Part shown: in pieces, positions 29,546 through 44,561 of the stretch
Position numbering within the stretch: position 1 is the stretch's first letter
Layout of the letters: each line of letters opens with the position of its first letter
Assembly (NCBI GenBank): GCA_965217035.1
Contig: OZ244226.1
Coordinates: 620,001-684,000 of the forward strand
Direction: 5' to 3'
Source of the DNA: Bacteriovoracaceae bacterium
GTDB taxonomy: Bacteria; Bdellovibrionota; Bacteriovoracia; Bacteriovoracales; Bacteriovoracaceae
Length of the DNA stretch: 64,000 nt
Program-made: the position numbers and the translations under genes
Notes under the pieces: model-generated
Seen by the model: the letters and a program-made list of their open reading frames with translations, nothing else
Told to the model about the DNA's origin: nothing
Databases searched by the model: none

Positions 29546-30949
29546 GGCTTTTTTCTTAGGATTTATAATAAAATTTTCCATCAAAGCTCTAACCATGACA
29601 TTATCATAATGTACAAGATTTTCAGCATTCCTAACAAATGAAGGAAGAGCTTCTATAGGAGGTTTTCCTGATTTTGAGACATGTTCAACGAAAGCAATTG
29701 CAAGGCCTACAATTTTTGCCATCGGAAAGATTTTCATTCCAGTAAGTCCAAGAGGGTAACCTGTTCCATCAAGACATTCACGGTGTTGCATAACAATTTG
29801 TCGAACGGGTTCACTCATGAATGGATAATCAGCAAGAATTTCATAACCATGCTTCGGATGTTCTTGGTAGAGTTTAATTTCCTCTTCTTCTAAATCAGAG
29901 TAGTTCTTATTTCTTATCTCTTCTGAAAGCTTGAGTTTTCCAATATCATGAATCATTGCTCCCATCCCTAAGTGTTCAACACTTCTAGGCGTTACCCAAT
30001 CAAGTTTTTTACCGATTGCAATCGCAAAGAAAGAAACAATAAAACCTCTACTTGTAGAATCATTAATTTTTTCATCAAAATCATTAATAAGCTCTCGAAA
30101 GTTTGATTGAGAGTTGAAAAGTCCATAGATATTATCACAGACGCCTTTCCCCTCTTCAACAAGTCGTGGATTCATTCCTTTCGTTTCGACTTCCGTAATA
30201 TATTTATCAGCAAGATTCTCTGCAATTTTTCCTTTTAGAGAAATTGAGACTTTATTACTGTCTTGAATCTTTCCTAAAAGTTTATTCATGAAGTTGATAT
30301 AAATTAAACGATCTTCAATTTTAAAATAAAAGAATTCAACTTCCTTTTCATTCATGTAATGATCAAGACGAGACTTTTCGAAATTATCACCTCTGTGGAG
30401 GACCTTAACATATTTGTTAGGACCTAACCGAACATAGATATCATAAATTGTTTTATTACCACTGAAGAAAGTTTTTGCTGAAAGCTTATCAAAACTATCA
30501 TCAGGCTCATTAACCTCCTGCTCATCTTGAACTTGATCCTGCGTTTCCATTTTAGACCAAAGAGTTGGATTATTATAAAGCTCAATGAGTTTTGTCACTT
30601 CTTCAGGTGTTGTTGGTTTTTCGACAACGTCATAAACCCCTAAATGTTTGAGGTCACTTTTTGAAATCCCTAACTCTTCTTCCATTCTCTCGACACTTTC
30701 AAGGGTATAGATAATTCTCATCGACGGTGAATTGAGTTTTACATACTTTAAAACACTGAGACTCGAGTTGTTTTGAGTTGCAAAGTCTAGAATGATTGCG
30801 CTGTATTTTGTTTTATAAAGTCTTGATTGAGCAGACTTGCCATTATCAACAGTATGAACTTCATATTGAAATCTTTGAAGGTGATCTTTTAACTGGTTCA
30901 CCCATTCCAAATCAGGATCACAAATTAAAACAGGTACAGCCACATTCAC
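29540..30949 (-). CDS. Response regulator with HD-GYP domain (partly degenerate)
   Basis: N-terminal receiver, HDIGK and QHRECLDGTGYP. Confidence 0.85.
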   Translation of the reverse strand: MNVAVPVLICDPDLEWVNQLKDHLQRFQYEVHTVDNGKSAQSRLYKTKYSAIILDFATQNNSSLSVLKYVKLNSPSMRIIYTLESVERMEEELGISKSDLKHLGVYDVVEKPTTPEEVTKLIELYNNPTLWSKMETQDQVQDEQEVNEPDDSFDKLSAKTFFSGNKTIYDIYVRLGPNKYVKVLHRGDNFEKSRLDHYMNEKEVEFFYFKIEDRLIYINFMNKLLGKIQDSNKVSISLKGKIAENLADKYITEVETKGMNPRLVEEGKGVCDNIYGLFNSQSNFRELINDFDEKINDSTSRGFIVSFFAIAIGKKLDWVTPRSVEHLGMGAMIHDIGKLKLSEEIRNKNYSDLEEEEIKLYQEHPKHGYEILADYPFMSEPVRQIVMQHRECLDGTGYPLGLTGMKIFPMAKIVGLAIAFVEHVSKSGKPPIEALPSFVRNAENLVHYDNVMVRALMENFIINPKKKAS

Positions 30950-30979
30950 CCCTTATAATCGATTGTTTAGACCTTTAAC

Positions 30980-31006
30980 TTATCGGAATTAATCACGAAA
31001 AATTGA
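30980..31006 (-). promoter_or_regulatory. Putative sigma28 (FliA)-like promoter
   Basis: TCAA-N15-TCCGATAA upstream of the HD-GYP gene. Confidence 0.55.
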
Positions 31007-31147
31007 TCATGAACTTTGAGATGAAGTCCTTAATTTTTTGATTTAAGGTTAAGATTTTATAGATTGTCCGAGTGATCGGCTCCAGATTTAATATCGATTT
31101 TCGCTAAAACACTTAGAATATCGATTGACTTTAAACTATTTTGAAAT

Positions 31148-31188
31148 AAAAAAAACCCAAGCTGAAATATTCATTTCAATTCTTGGGC
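31148..31188 (-). terminator. rRNA operon terminator
   Basis: CCCAAG..CTTGGG stem with a U-tract on - immediately after 5S. Confidence 0.7.
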
Positions 31189-31201
31189 TTAATATAAAAG
31201 A

Positions 31202-31319
31202 TGGGTGCATCTTGCTATTTTGGCACCAAGTCGCCCTGGCACTATCTTCGCCGCAAGTAGGCTTAACTTCTGGGTTCGGGATGGGACCAGGTGTTTCACT
31301 ACCGCTATCGATACACCCA
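31202..31319 (-). rRNA. rrf: 5S rRNA
   Basis: Reverse complement contains ACACCTGGTCCCATCCCGAACCCAGAAGTTAAGC; the ends pair (GGGTGTATC/GATGCACCC). Confidence 0.95.
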
Positions 31320-31528
31320 AATCGTATTGGGTATTAAAAATTAAAAAGAACAAATTCAATTTCAGCTGTTATATCAGCTGTCTTTGAAAATTACAAAACA
31401 GAATTAAGGGGTATGAAAACTTTGGAATGTTTTATTGCATTACTAAAACATTCCTCTGTCTTCAAAAAAAGACTTGAGCTGATTTTTTATTGAGTTTCAT
31501 ACGAAATTTTATGAACAGATCTAAATTA

Positions 31529-34442
<2,914 letters not shown>

Positions 34443-34701
34443 TAATTTAAATCCAAAAATTTTGTATTATAAACCAACTTAAATAAACTTATTTAAATTT
34501 TAAAAAATCAGCTCTCGTCTAAACTTTCTTAATTCTGTTATGAAATTTTAAAAGAACAAAAAAGCCTCACCGTAGTGAAGCTTTCATATTACTTTCAAAT
34601 ATTTTGGTAATTGAGAATGAGAGAAAAGAGATAAGAAGAACAAAAACGTTCAAGATTGATCTAGAGAATGACTAATTTGGGTGCATTCTCAATAATCCTT
34701 A

Positions 34702-36336
<1,635 letters not shown>

Positions 36337-36634
36337 AACCGTTAATATGTTTAACTTAAATAATTTTAAAGCTCATAAGAAACTACTAGTGTAGTTTTCG
36401 GATTTTGATAGATTAAGGACTCTATAATAAATAGGTCCCGGCTCGGCTTTGCATTGTCTGGGTAGACTTTAGCTCTATCACGCCAAACCTTAGTTCATTG
36501 AACGGGATATTAAGTATCGAAATACTTAATATGTTTCGTCTTCTCATCTCTAGAAATTCGAAAAATCGAATTTCTCTCATCTGCGTCAAAGCTTCTGTAA
36601 AACAGTTGCTTTTCAGCATTACCAAATATTCAAT

Positions 36635-36646
36635 TGTCAAAGATCA
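36635..36646 (-). promoter_or_regulatory. rrn leader boxA antitermination site
   Basis: TGATCTTTGACA on -; a second boxA-like TGTTCTTTTAAA lies in the ITS near 34548..34559. Confidence 0.65.
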
Positions 36647-36711
36647 AAGGCAAAGGGCTCCCATCTTTTCTGTATTCGAAAAAATATGTGAAGCGCTAAA
36701 CCGGTTCGACG

Positions 36712-36740
36712 AGATTACGTCTTTGGATTTCAAACGTCAA
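36712..36740 (-). promoter_or_regulatory. sigma70 rRNA promoter with upstream AT-rich UP element
   Basis: TTGACG-N17-TAATCT on -, with A/T tracts upstream. Confidence 0.75.
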
Positions 36741-36826
36741 CCCTCAGAATAGAAAAAATGAAAGTTTTTTTTATTTTTTTTTATAAGGATTCTGAGGCGA
36801 AAAATCGCCCCAGATTTCAGTCGCAT

Positions 36827-37489
36827 TTAATTTCTTCGGCGATTTCCCAATCTGTCTCTAATCGACCGAGAAGGGTCTCTAAAGTAGAGATAAGTAAAGT
36901 CATTACGGTTTTTCTTCACCACATCGATATAGCGGATGCTCCCACTTCCAAAGACAGAGCGAACATAGACTCCATTTCCAGAAGCAAAGAAATTATAAAC
37001 TCCAACACCATAAACTGATTCGCTAAAACGAATCATATAACGATCGACATAGCGTGAAACAGCACCTGGGAAAGTTCCAACTTTATACATAGAAAGGGCC
37101 CTAGGACCAACATTATCAACGTCCCATGACTGACCAGTTGTAAACACTGATCGAGTGAGTGGTTTATTTTGTGAATCGACAATACTTCTGTCGCTATCTT
37201 GAAGAATTAATCTCAAGCCACCTTCACCTCGGAAATAGCGAACATCAACTTTGAAAGAAATATCATTGGTCGTGCGAACATCAACAATTTGTCCACTTCT
37301 AAGGCTGCCAGTCGCTCGCAAACGAAAGTCAGTTGGTTGAACATTAAAAACAGGTTGAGAAAATCTCACAGTAAACTCAACGTTTGCTGCATTTGTCGGA
37401 TTTGCCCTAACACCTGATCGTAAAATTGAAATAACTTCAGCAGAAAAAGCAGAAGCTGAAAATAAGAATACTAATAATAAGAGTTTCAT
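36827..37489 (-). CDS. Secreted protein with two Ig-like beta-sandwich segments
   Basis: Signal peptide; repeated FTVRFSQPVFNV / YMIRFSESVYGV and SIVDSQN / SIRDRLGN. Confidence 0.7.
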   Translation of the reverse strand: MKLLLLVFLFSASAFSAEVISILRSGVRANPTNAANVEFTVRFSQPVFNVQPTDFRLRATGSLRSGQIVDVRTTNDISFKVDVRYFRGEGGLRLILQDSDRSIVDSQNKPLTRSVFTTGQSWDVDNVGPRALSMYKVGTFPGAVSRYVDRYMIRFSESVYGVGVYNFFASGNGVYVRSVFGSGSIRYIDVVKKNRNDFTYLYFRDPSRSIRDRLGNRRRN

Positions 37490-37584
37490 CCTTGTTCCCC
37501 TTTTAAAATAAATTCTATAAGGGAATTGTAGGCTTGATCAGGATTAATTACAATTCGACAACAATAACTCAAAGGTTATTTTAT

Positions 37585-37974
37585 TTAAAAACCTCTTATT
37601 TGTGTCTGGTATGTATCCGTGAGGTTCTGACAGGCAGACGTTTCTTGTGGATCGATCGCCAACTGTTCTGGACAGTTAAAATGTCTAGAAACTGCTCTCG
37701 CACAATTCTTAGAACACCGACCATTATAGTATTCATCCCGAATAGAGGTACAAAGCTCCTGGAAATTATTAAATGTTAAAGGCGAGTTCGAATTACAAGC
37801 TTCGAAGTATTGTCCTTGAAATCCACCTCTTCTGGCTTCAATAATTTGATAGGTATAATTTTCCACTATGGAAATCGGTGGTATCTGCGGTTGAGCAGGA
37901 GCATTGGAATCATCACTCCCACAACTCACTAAAAGAAATAATGTAAAAACTAAAGACAATGCTTTCATAGGCAT
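37585..37974 (-). CDS. Cys-rich lipoprotein
   Basis: Lipobox LVSC; six further Cys. Confidence 0.7.
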   Translation of the reverse strand: MPMKALSLVFTLFLLVSCGSDDSNAPAQPQIPPISIVENYTYQIIEARRGGFQGQYFEACNSNSPLTFNNFQELCTSIRDEYYNGRCSKNCARAVSRHFNCPEQLAIDPQETSACQNLTDTYQTQIRGF

Positions 37975-38025
37975 GTTTATAACATGCTCAGAAATGCAGA
38001 GAGATATTTTGAAATTTTTACAGGT

Positions 38026-40452
38026 TCAGGACTTAAGCGGAAAACCAGCAGACTCTAGCTGACCAACACACTGATCTTCATAAGACTTAATAACTTCTGG
38101 CTCCAGGGTCTTCTCCGGATTTTCATAACTAAAACGAACTGTCACAGAATTCTGAGTATCATTCAGTGGATAGACCTGAACGATCTTCATCGACTTAAGA
38201 TCTTTAATCTTAAGTTTCTTCTGAACCGTTAAAACATTTGCAGCTTGTTGATCTTTTTCAACAAGAACTGTGCAATCAAATTGAGCAGCGGGAAATTTTG
38301 CTAACGGCTTATAAGATTCCTTTGCTTTAATTTCTGTTTTTGTGAAATCGGTTAAATCAAATTGAGCAATCGAAAGATGCCCTTTAATTTTGAAATCTCT
38401 TAAAACAATCGGATGGACTGAAGAGACAACACCTAATGCTTTTCCTCGAATAAAAATATCTTGATATTCATAAGGGTGTTTTCCACGCCAACTTGATGGC
38501 ATTAGCGGATTTTCCCCCTTGAGCTCTCCTTCACCAAGGAACTTCGCAGGGAGTTTCATGAACTTCAGGAAGTCTTCAACAATATTCAAAAGCTGTAAAA
38601 AGGGAGTCCGCTCTTTATGAAAGAAAGCTATAGAAAGAATATTTCTTTCATTTACAAAATTCTTGCCTTCAGGGAGATAAGCTCTTCCCCATTCAAAGAA
38701 GCGATAACGACTAAAGTTTTTAGTATTAAGGGAAGCCATTTCTAAAAGTGACGGGATAAGGCTTGGGCGCATTCGGTCTGCATCTGTTGAAAGTGCATTA
38801 ACAAGAACCATTCCATCATTAAGATTCTCCCAAGATGCTTTCTCTAAAAGTTTTTTTCCAACCAATGGATAACTCATAACTTCCAATGCATTAGCTTTGA
38901 GGGACATGAAGTCTTGAACTTTTCTTTCAACTTGCTTGTATGGAGTAAGCCCAACGGGATTGACTCCAAGCATTGGTGATTTCACTGGAATATTATCATA
39001 CCCTACAATTCGACCAACCTCTTCAGCAATATCATGCTGGCCCTCGATGTCTTTGGTTGACCGGTAAGAAGGAACCAAAATATCAAAAGTGTCTCTTTCC
39101 TCTCCGACTTGAAAATCAAGATTCGTCAGGATCTTTTTTATCTCATCAAAGCTCAATTCTGTTCCAAGAAGAGTATTAATATACTTAGAGCTGGTTGTGA
39201 TCTCCAATGGCCTATCAGCATTAAGATCATCCCCGTCATACTCAGCTTTCCCTATAACTTTCGCTCCAGGACAAAGCTCACATAACAATTCTAAAGTTCT
39301 TAATAAAGTTCTGTATGTTAAGTGACTATCAAGTGACTTTTCATATCTTGATGAGGAATCAGTTCGAAGTCCAAGATGAACAGAAGTTTTTCGAACTTCT
39401 TCTGCCTTCCAGTTTGCCACTTCAATAAAAACCTTCGTTGTATTGTCATTGACTCCACTATTCGCTCCTCCCATAATTCCAGCAAGGACCAGTGGTTTCT
39501 CTGAATCACAAATCACAGTATCAGTCGGAAGAACTTTTCTTTCTATCTCATCAAGAGTTGTAAAACTTTGTTCTTTTCCTGCTAACTTGACCTCAATTGT
39601 ATCATTCTTGATTGATTCACGATCGTAGATATGAAGAGGCATTCCCAGCTCCATCATAACGTAGTTAGAAATATCAACGATATTATTAATCGGTCTCAAC
39701 CCAACAGCATTCAATCGCTCTTGAATCCATTGGGGAGAATCTTCAACTTTAACTCCATCAACACTTAATCCCCAGAAAGCTTTTCCTGAACAATCTTTAG
39801 CAACTTTCGGAACAATAGGAGAAGCATCTTTCGTAAACTTTGATTCTAGATCCTTGTACCAATCCGCTGTAAACTTGTGAGAAAGTGGATTGTCATATAT
39901 CGCTGCAAACTCTCGAGCAATACCAAACATTCCCCAAAGATCCGGTCGGTGTGTGAGTGATTTATTATCAACATCAATAATATAATCTTCTTGAGCTCCC
40001 AAAAACTCGGTCATTGTTATTCCGAGCTTCGTTCCTTCAGGAAGTTCCATAATTCCTTTCGCTCCTTCTCCAAGACCAAGTTCTGATTCTGAACAAAGCA
40101 TTCCTTCCGAAAGAACGCCTCTAATTTTTTTAGGCTCAAGCGTAAGACCATTCGGTAGCGTCACTCCAATCGGAGCATAAGCAACAATCAAACCATCACG
40201 AACATTCGGAGCACCACAAACAACTTCCGCCGTTCCTGATCCATAATCAAAAGTAACGAGATTTAACTTATCCGCTTCCGGATGTTTTTTAAAACTTAGG
40301 ATTTTTGCAGTTTTAATTTGAGTAAGATGGACATTTCTTTTTTCCACTCCTTCAACTTCAGCCGTCTTCATAGTGAAATCATTAGCAATATCGTGAATTC
40401 CAATTTCTGGAAGTTTAACAAAGTCTTTAATCCAATTGAGAGATATAAGCAT
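38026..40452 (-). CDS. pheT: Phenylalanine--tRNA ligase beta subunit
   Basis: HPEADKL, VVCGAPNV, SEGMLCS, NNIVDISNYVM and EEVGRIVGY motifs. Confidence 0.97.
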   Translation of the reverse strand: MLISLNWIKDFVKLPEIGIHDIANDFTMKTAEVEGVEKRNVHLTQIKTAKILSFKKHPEADKLNLVTFDYGSGTAEVVCGAPNVRDGLIVAYAPIGVTLPNGLTLEPKKIRGVLSEGMLCSESELGLGEGAKGIMELPEGTKLGITMTEFLGAQEDYIIDVDNKSLTHRPDLWGMFGIAREFAAIYDNPLSHKFTADWYKDLESKFTKDASPIVPKVAKDCSGKAFWGLSVDGVKVEDSPQWIQERLNAVGLRPINNIVDISNYVMMELGMPLHIYDRESIKNDTIEVKLAGKEQSFTTLDEIERKVLPTDTVICDSEKPLVLAGIMGGANSGVNDNTTKVFIEVANWKAEEVRKTSVHLGLRTDSSSRYEKSLDSHLTYRTLLRTLELLCELCPGAKVIGKAEYDGDDLNADRPLEITTSSKYINTLLGTELSFDEIKKILTNLDFQVGEERDTFDILVPSYRSTKDIEGQHDIAEEVGRIVGYDNIPVKSPMLGVNPVGLTPYKQVERKVQDFMSLKANALEVMSYPLVGKKLLEKASWENLNDGMVLVNALSTDADRMRPSLIPSLLEMASLNTKNFSRYRFFEWGRAYLPEGKNFVNERNILSIAFFHKERTPFLQLLNIVEDFLKFMKLPAKFLGEGELKGENPLMPSSWRGKHPYEYQDIFIRGKALGVVSSVHPIVLRDFKIKGHLSIAQFDLTDFTKTEIKAKESYKPLAKFPAAQFDCTVLVEKDQQAANVLTVQKKLKIKDLKSMKIVQVYPLNDTQNSVTVRFSYENPEKTLEPEVIKSYEDQCVGQLESAGFPLKS

Positions 40453-40460
40453 GAGGAATC

Positions 40461-41501
40461 CTAAAAATAAGAGAATTGTTCATTAAAACGAAGATCACCT
40501 TTATGAAGGTGTCTGATATCTTCGATGGCGTAATTAACCATAACCAGTCGATCAAGTCCGAGTCCAAAAGCAAACCCCGTGTATTCATCAGGATCAACTC
40601 CTCCCGCTTTTAGAACATTCGGGTGGACCATTCCACAAGGAAGCAGCTCAAGCCAACCAGAATGCTTAGCCGACTCATCTTTGGGGTCAGGTTTCTTCCA
40701 ACGAATATCAAGTTCAAACCCCGGTTCAACGAATGGGAAATATCCTGGTCTTAATCTCACTTCCATATCTTTTTTGAAAATTTCTTTTAGAAGAGTCTTC
40801 ATGAAGTAAATCAAATGACCTGTATTGATCCCTTTGCCAACCATCATTCCTTCTAATTGGTGAAAGACCATCTCATGAGTCGTATCAGTCCGCTCACAAC
40901 GAAAAACTTTTCCTGGTCCGACGAAAGCAAAAGGAGGCTCACGTTCTTCCATCCCTCTGATTTGAATGGTTGAAGTATGAGTACGAAGCAAATGTTTTTT
41001 ATCAGCAAACCAAAAAGTATCCTGCATATCCCGAGCAGGATGAGTTTCTGGAATATTCAAAGCTTCGAAATTATGAAATTCATCTTCAACATGAGGACCA
41101 TCAAGAACTTCAAATCCCATAGAAAGAAAGATGTCTTCAATCTTTCTTTGAATCTGATGAACGGGATGAGTTCCAGAAGCTTGAAGTCCGCGATCAAGTA
41201 AAGAGTCTCTTAAAGAAATATCAATCTTATTTTTTTCAAGTTTCTCATTGATTTCTTTGATCTCGATATCTTTGAGTTTATTAACAATGGCGTGTTCGAT
41301 ATTCTTTTTGATTTCATTGGAACGCGGACCAATTGCTTTTCTTTCTTCTGGGGTCGCGTCTTTAAGCCCCTTTAAAACTTCAGCGAGCGAACCCTTTTTT
41401 CCAATATAAGAAGCTTTAAGATTCAGAACATTCGCTTGCTTATCAAGGCCTTTAATTTCTTTCTGGAATGACGCATAGAGGCTCTCTATTTTATCGAGCA
41501 T
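40461..41501 (-). CDS. pheS: Phenylalanine--tRNA ligase alpha subunit
   Basis: HPARDMQDTF, LLRTHTS, YFPFVEP and GFAFGLGLDR motifs. Confidence 0.98.
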   Translation of the reverse strand: MLDKIESLYASFQKEIKGLDKQANVLNLKASYIGKKGSLAEVLKGLKDATPEERKAIGPRSNEIKKNIEHAIVNKLKDIEIKEINEKLEKNKIDISLRDSLLDRGLQASGTHPVHQIQRKIEDIFLSMGFEVLDGPHVEDEFHNFEALNIPETHPARDMQDTFWFADKKHLLRTHTSTIQIRGMEEREPPFAFVGPGKVFRCERTDTTHEMVFHQLEGMMVGKGINTGHLIYFMKTLLKEIFKKDMEVRLRPGYFPFVEPGFELDIRWKKPDPKDESAKHSGWLELLPCGMVHPNVLKAGGVDPDEYTGFAFGLGLDRLVMVNYAIEDIRHLHKGDLRFNEQFSYF

Positions 41502-41542
41502 TTTTTCTCCTAATATATAGAGGAAAGATTAACTTAGGGGGG

Positions 41543-42061
41543 CTAGTTTATCAATTTGAGCTGGGCCCTTTCATTAAGAAACCACTCAGTTTTTTTCGGA
41601 TCTTGGTAATCTGGATAGGTCCAAGACAAAAACTCAGTCTCTTTCGCTTTAAAGATATAGTTCAGATCGGCATAAACCCCCTGACCAAGATAGGGTCGGT
41701 GAGCATAAGGCTTTCCCGTCGCAAGGATCATATTTTCAAGCGAGAGCATTCCAAGATCTATATTGATCGTTCGTCCTTCTTTAGAAAACTGATCTTCAAG
41801 TGCTGTGACCCAAACTTTAAAGAAAACAAAGTCGTCTCGGTTCATAGGCTCGCGATAAGAAAGAAAAACTCTCTTAAGGGAGTCTCCCATTTCCTTAGAA
41901 TAATATTTCAAAGACGGATTAAAATCAGGATAGAAAACCTCTGGCTCAATTGAATGTTTCTCAGCAAGAAGATTTGTGATCTTAAGAAGATCCCAATCAG
42001 TCTCTTTATAGATCACACTGTAAAAGAAAAAGCATTTCTGAGGCTTTTTAAGTTCGCTCAT
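41543..42061 (-). CDS. DUF4416 family protein
   Basis: YYSKEMG, RTINIDLG, LATGK..HRPYL and WTYPDY motifs. Confidence 0.8.
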   Translation of the reverse strand: MSELKKPQKCFFFYSVIYKETDWDLLKITNLLAEKHSIEPEVFYPDFNPSLKYYSKEMGDSLKRVFLSYREPMNRDDFVFFKVWVTALEDQFSKEGRTINIDLGMLSLENMILATGKPYAHRPYLGQGVYADLNYIFKAKETEFLSWTYPDYQDPKKTEWFLNERAQLKLIN

Positions 42062-43056
42062 TATTGAAGTCTATTATAATAAGTTTTGATTTCATCAATC
42101 GTCGCTGTCGCTGTCCCTTTTTTAGCCACAACAACACCTGCAGCAAGGTTGGCCGTCCAAACGGCTTCTTCCAAATTACCACCCGAAATAAGAGCTGCTG
42201 TGAGAACTGCGATTGATGTATCCCCCGCACCAGAAACATCGAAGACATCTCTTGCAATGGTTGGAATTTTCTTTGTTTGTGAATCCTTAGACATGGAAAC
42301 CATTCCTTCTGAACCAAGAGTCACAACGACATTATCAAAATTTAGCTTATCGATAAGAATTTCACAGATACGTTCAGGTTTTCGCTCTTCTGAAAATCCA
42401 AGTCGATCCATAATAATAGAGGCTTCTTTAAAGTTTGGTTTAAATAACGTCGCTCCCTTATACCAAGTGGCAGGGTTCTTTCTTGAAGGATCTACTGTCA
42501 CAAGGACTTTATTCCTTTTAGCAAGAGCGATAACTTCTTGAGTGAAGCGTTCATCAAAAAGACCTTTTCCATAGTCTTCCAAAATAATTCCATCGATCTT
42601 TCCTAATTTCTGATCAATTTTCTCAAGAAGAGAGCTCTTTGAAGTTTCATCAATTGGTTCTTGGGTTTCGTAATCAATTCGACAGATTTGCTGAGTTCCT
42701 GCGACGACTCTTTCCTTAAAGGTCGTTGAGCGTGTATCTGACTTTACAAGGCTCTTCGTTGTTAAACCACTTTTTCCTAGAAGATCCTCAAAGATTTTTC
42801 CATGAACATCATTTCCAATGACCCCAAAAAGGTCTGAAGTAACTCCCAAATCACTGAGATTGTCTGAGACATTTGCAGCAAGGCCCAGCTTGGTCCACTC
42901 TTTCTTTACTTCAACAACGGGAACAGGGGCTTCAGGAGAAATTCTATCAACATTTCCTGACGTGTATTTATCAACTCCAACATCACCAAGTACTGCAATA
43001 TTTTGAATTTTTTCAAACCCATTTAAAACTGTCTCGAAACGCGTTTTATCAATCAT
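42061..43056 (-). CDS. rfaE1: D-glycero-beta-D-manno-heptose-7-phosphate kinase (RfaE domain I)
   Basis: RISPEAPVPV, DYGKG and VFDVSGAGDT PfkB motifs. Confidence 0.92.
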   Translation of the reverse strand: MIDKTRFETVLNGFEKIQNIAVLGDVGVDKYTSGNVDRISPEAPVPVVEVKKEWTKLGLAANVSDNLSDLGVTSDLFGVIGNDVHGKIFEDLLGKSGLTTKSLVKSDTRSTTFKERVVAGTQQICRIDYETQEPIDETSKSSLLEKIDQKLGKIDGIILEDYGKGLFDERFTQEVIALAKRNKVLVTVDPSRKNPATWYKGATLFKPNFKEASIIMDRLGFSEERKPERICEILIDKLNFDNVVVTLGSEGMVSMSKDSQTKKIPTIARDVFDVSGAGDTSIAVLTAALISGGNLEEAVWTANLAAGVVVAKKGTATATIDEIKTYYNRLQ

Positions 43057-43775
43057 GGTAAATCCTTGATTTCTTTTTCTATTATATTTTCAAACTGTGC
43101 CATAACTTGGTCAAAACTTAACTTTGTCGTATCAATCTCAATCGCATCATCCGCTTTCTTGAGAGGAGCGACTTCTCGATTGGAATCTCTTGCATCTCGT
43201 TTTTTTATATCTGTAATGATCTGTTCCAAAGTTAGACCTTCGAGCTTTCCTTGCTCATTTAATTGATCATAACGGCGCTGTCCTCTAACCTCTGCACTGG
43301 CCGTAAGGAAGAACTTTAACTGGGCATTAGGAAAAACGACTGTTCCAATATCTCGCCCTTCAACGAGGCAAATCTCAGAACTTTCAACAACAATCTCTCT
43401 TTGGGACTCATCAACCTTCTGTCTGATCCCAGGATGGCCTGACACTTTCGAAGTCAGATCCGAAACCTCATGATCATAGAGTCTTTCAGTGTAATCAATA
43501 CCATTAAGAGTGACTTTAAACTTTGGGATTTTCTGATAATCCACTTTAATATTTTTAATTAGAGCAAAAGCTTCATCTGCCGAATTATCCAAAAAGCTAG
43601 CAAGCTCAAAGTTGTCATTTATATAGAGGGCCAGGCTCCTAAAAAGTGAGCCGGAATTAACGTGAAAAAACTGATACTTCTTCGCAAGTGCCTTAGTAAT
43701 AGAGGATTTTCCAGTCCCTGAAGGGCCATCAATTGCGATTACATTAGAGATATTCTCCATATCTTTCTTTATCAT
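43053..43775 (-). CDS. cmk: Cytidylate kinase
   Basis: IAIDGPSGTGKS, EGRDIGTVVFP and RD..R.VAPL motifs. Confidence 0.96.
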   Translation of the reverse strand: MIKKDMENISNVIAIDGPSGTGKSSITKALAKKYQFFHVNSGSLFRSLALYINDNFELASFLDNSADEAFALIKNIKVDYQKIPKFKVTLNGIDYTERLYDHEVSDLTSKVSGHPGIRQKVDESQREIVVESSEICLVEGRDIGTVVFPNAQLKFFLTASAEVRGQRRYDQLNEQGKLEGLTLEQIITDIKKRDARDSNREVAPLKKADDAIEIDTTKLSFDQVMAQFENIIEKEIKDLP

Positions 43776-43826
43776 AGATTTCTTTGGCCGTAATTATTAC
43801 AAGTTTTTCTCTCTCCAACCTGATTT

Positions 43827-44561
43827 ATGCTATGGTGCATCATGACGAGGATGCTAGCTCCACTCTTCTTATTTTTAAGTTTTTCATTATATGCAAGAAC
43901 CTCTGAAGTTCTTCAATTTATCAAACAGAACTATGAATACAATATAGAGCTGATTGAAAAAACATATCAGGAACATGGTATCTCAATCAATCTTAGCAAA
44001 GCCGACAAAACAATTAATCTTAATGCTCTAGAGGCAATCAACCATAGGCATCCACTTGCCGAGATTGGATATAAAACGGGATTAATGAAAAGAAAGTTTC
44101 TAAAGAAAATAAGTAATTTAGAAAAAGAAGTATACAAGCTTTATCCTCATCAGGGTTATTATGTAGGCTTTCAATCCTACTTTGCCCTAAAAAAAACAGA
44201 AAAAGAATTTCCACCAGAAATTGGTCAGGAACTTGATGTTAAAGACCCAATGGTTGATTCATTCAAGCACACCTATTGGAGCCACTTGATAACTCATAAG
44301 ATTAACTCTGAGTTTGCAAAGCTCTGGTTCACTGCGAGAGAGTTACAAAACATGGGTTCAGGACTTATCGATTTAAGAGAAACTTCTGACAGCTATATGG
44401 ATATGCTCAACAACGTGATCGGAATGAAAACCCCAAAAGACTCCTTCATGGATCGTCTTCTAGGAAATTCAGTCCCTTCCCAAATTACCCGTAAGCAAAA
44501 ATACGGGCGATTATTCTTCAATGATCATGGAGTCATTCGCACCACAGATCAAGTCGATTAA
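43827..44561 (+). CDS. Secreted protein, DUF6973-like C-terminus
   Basis: DSFKHTYWS...MDMLNNVIG motif; signal peptide from the second Met. Confidence 0.6.
   Translation: MLWCIMTRMLAPLFLFLSFSLYARTSEVLQFIKQNYEYNIELIEKTYQEHGISINLSKADKTINLNALEAINHRHPLAEIGYKTGLMKRKFLKKISNLEKEVYKLYPHQGYYVGFQSYFALKKTEKEFPPEIGQELDVKDPMVDSFKHTYWSHLITHKINSEFAKLWFTARELQNMGSGLIDLRETSDSYMDMLNNVIGMKTPKDSFMDRLLGNSVPSQITRKQKYGRLFFNDHGVIRTTDQVD

Noticed and set aside
41468..41953. 161-aa + strand ORF
   Set aside because: Antisense to the recognisable DUF4416 gene.
42086..42541. 151-aa + strand ORF
   Set aside because: Antisense shadow of rfaE1.
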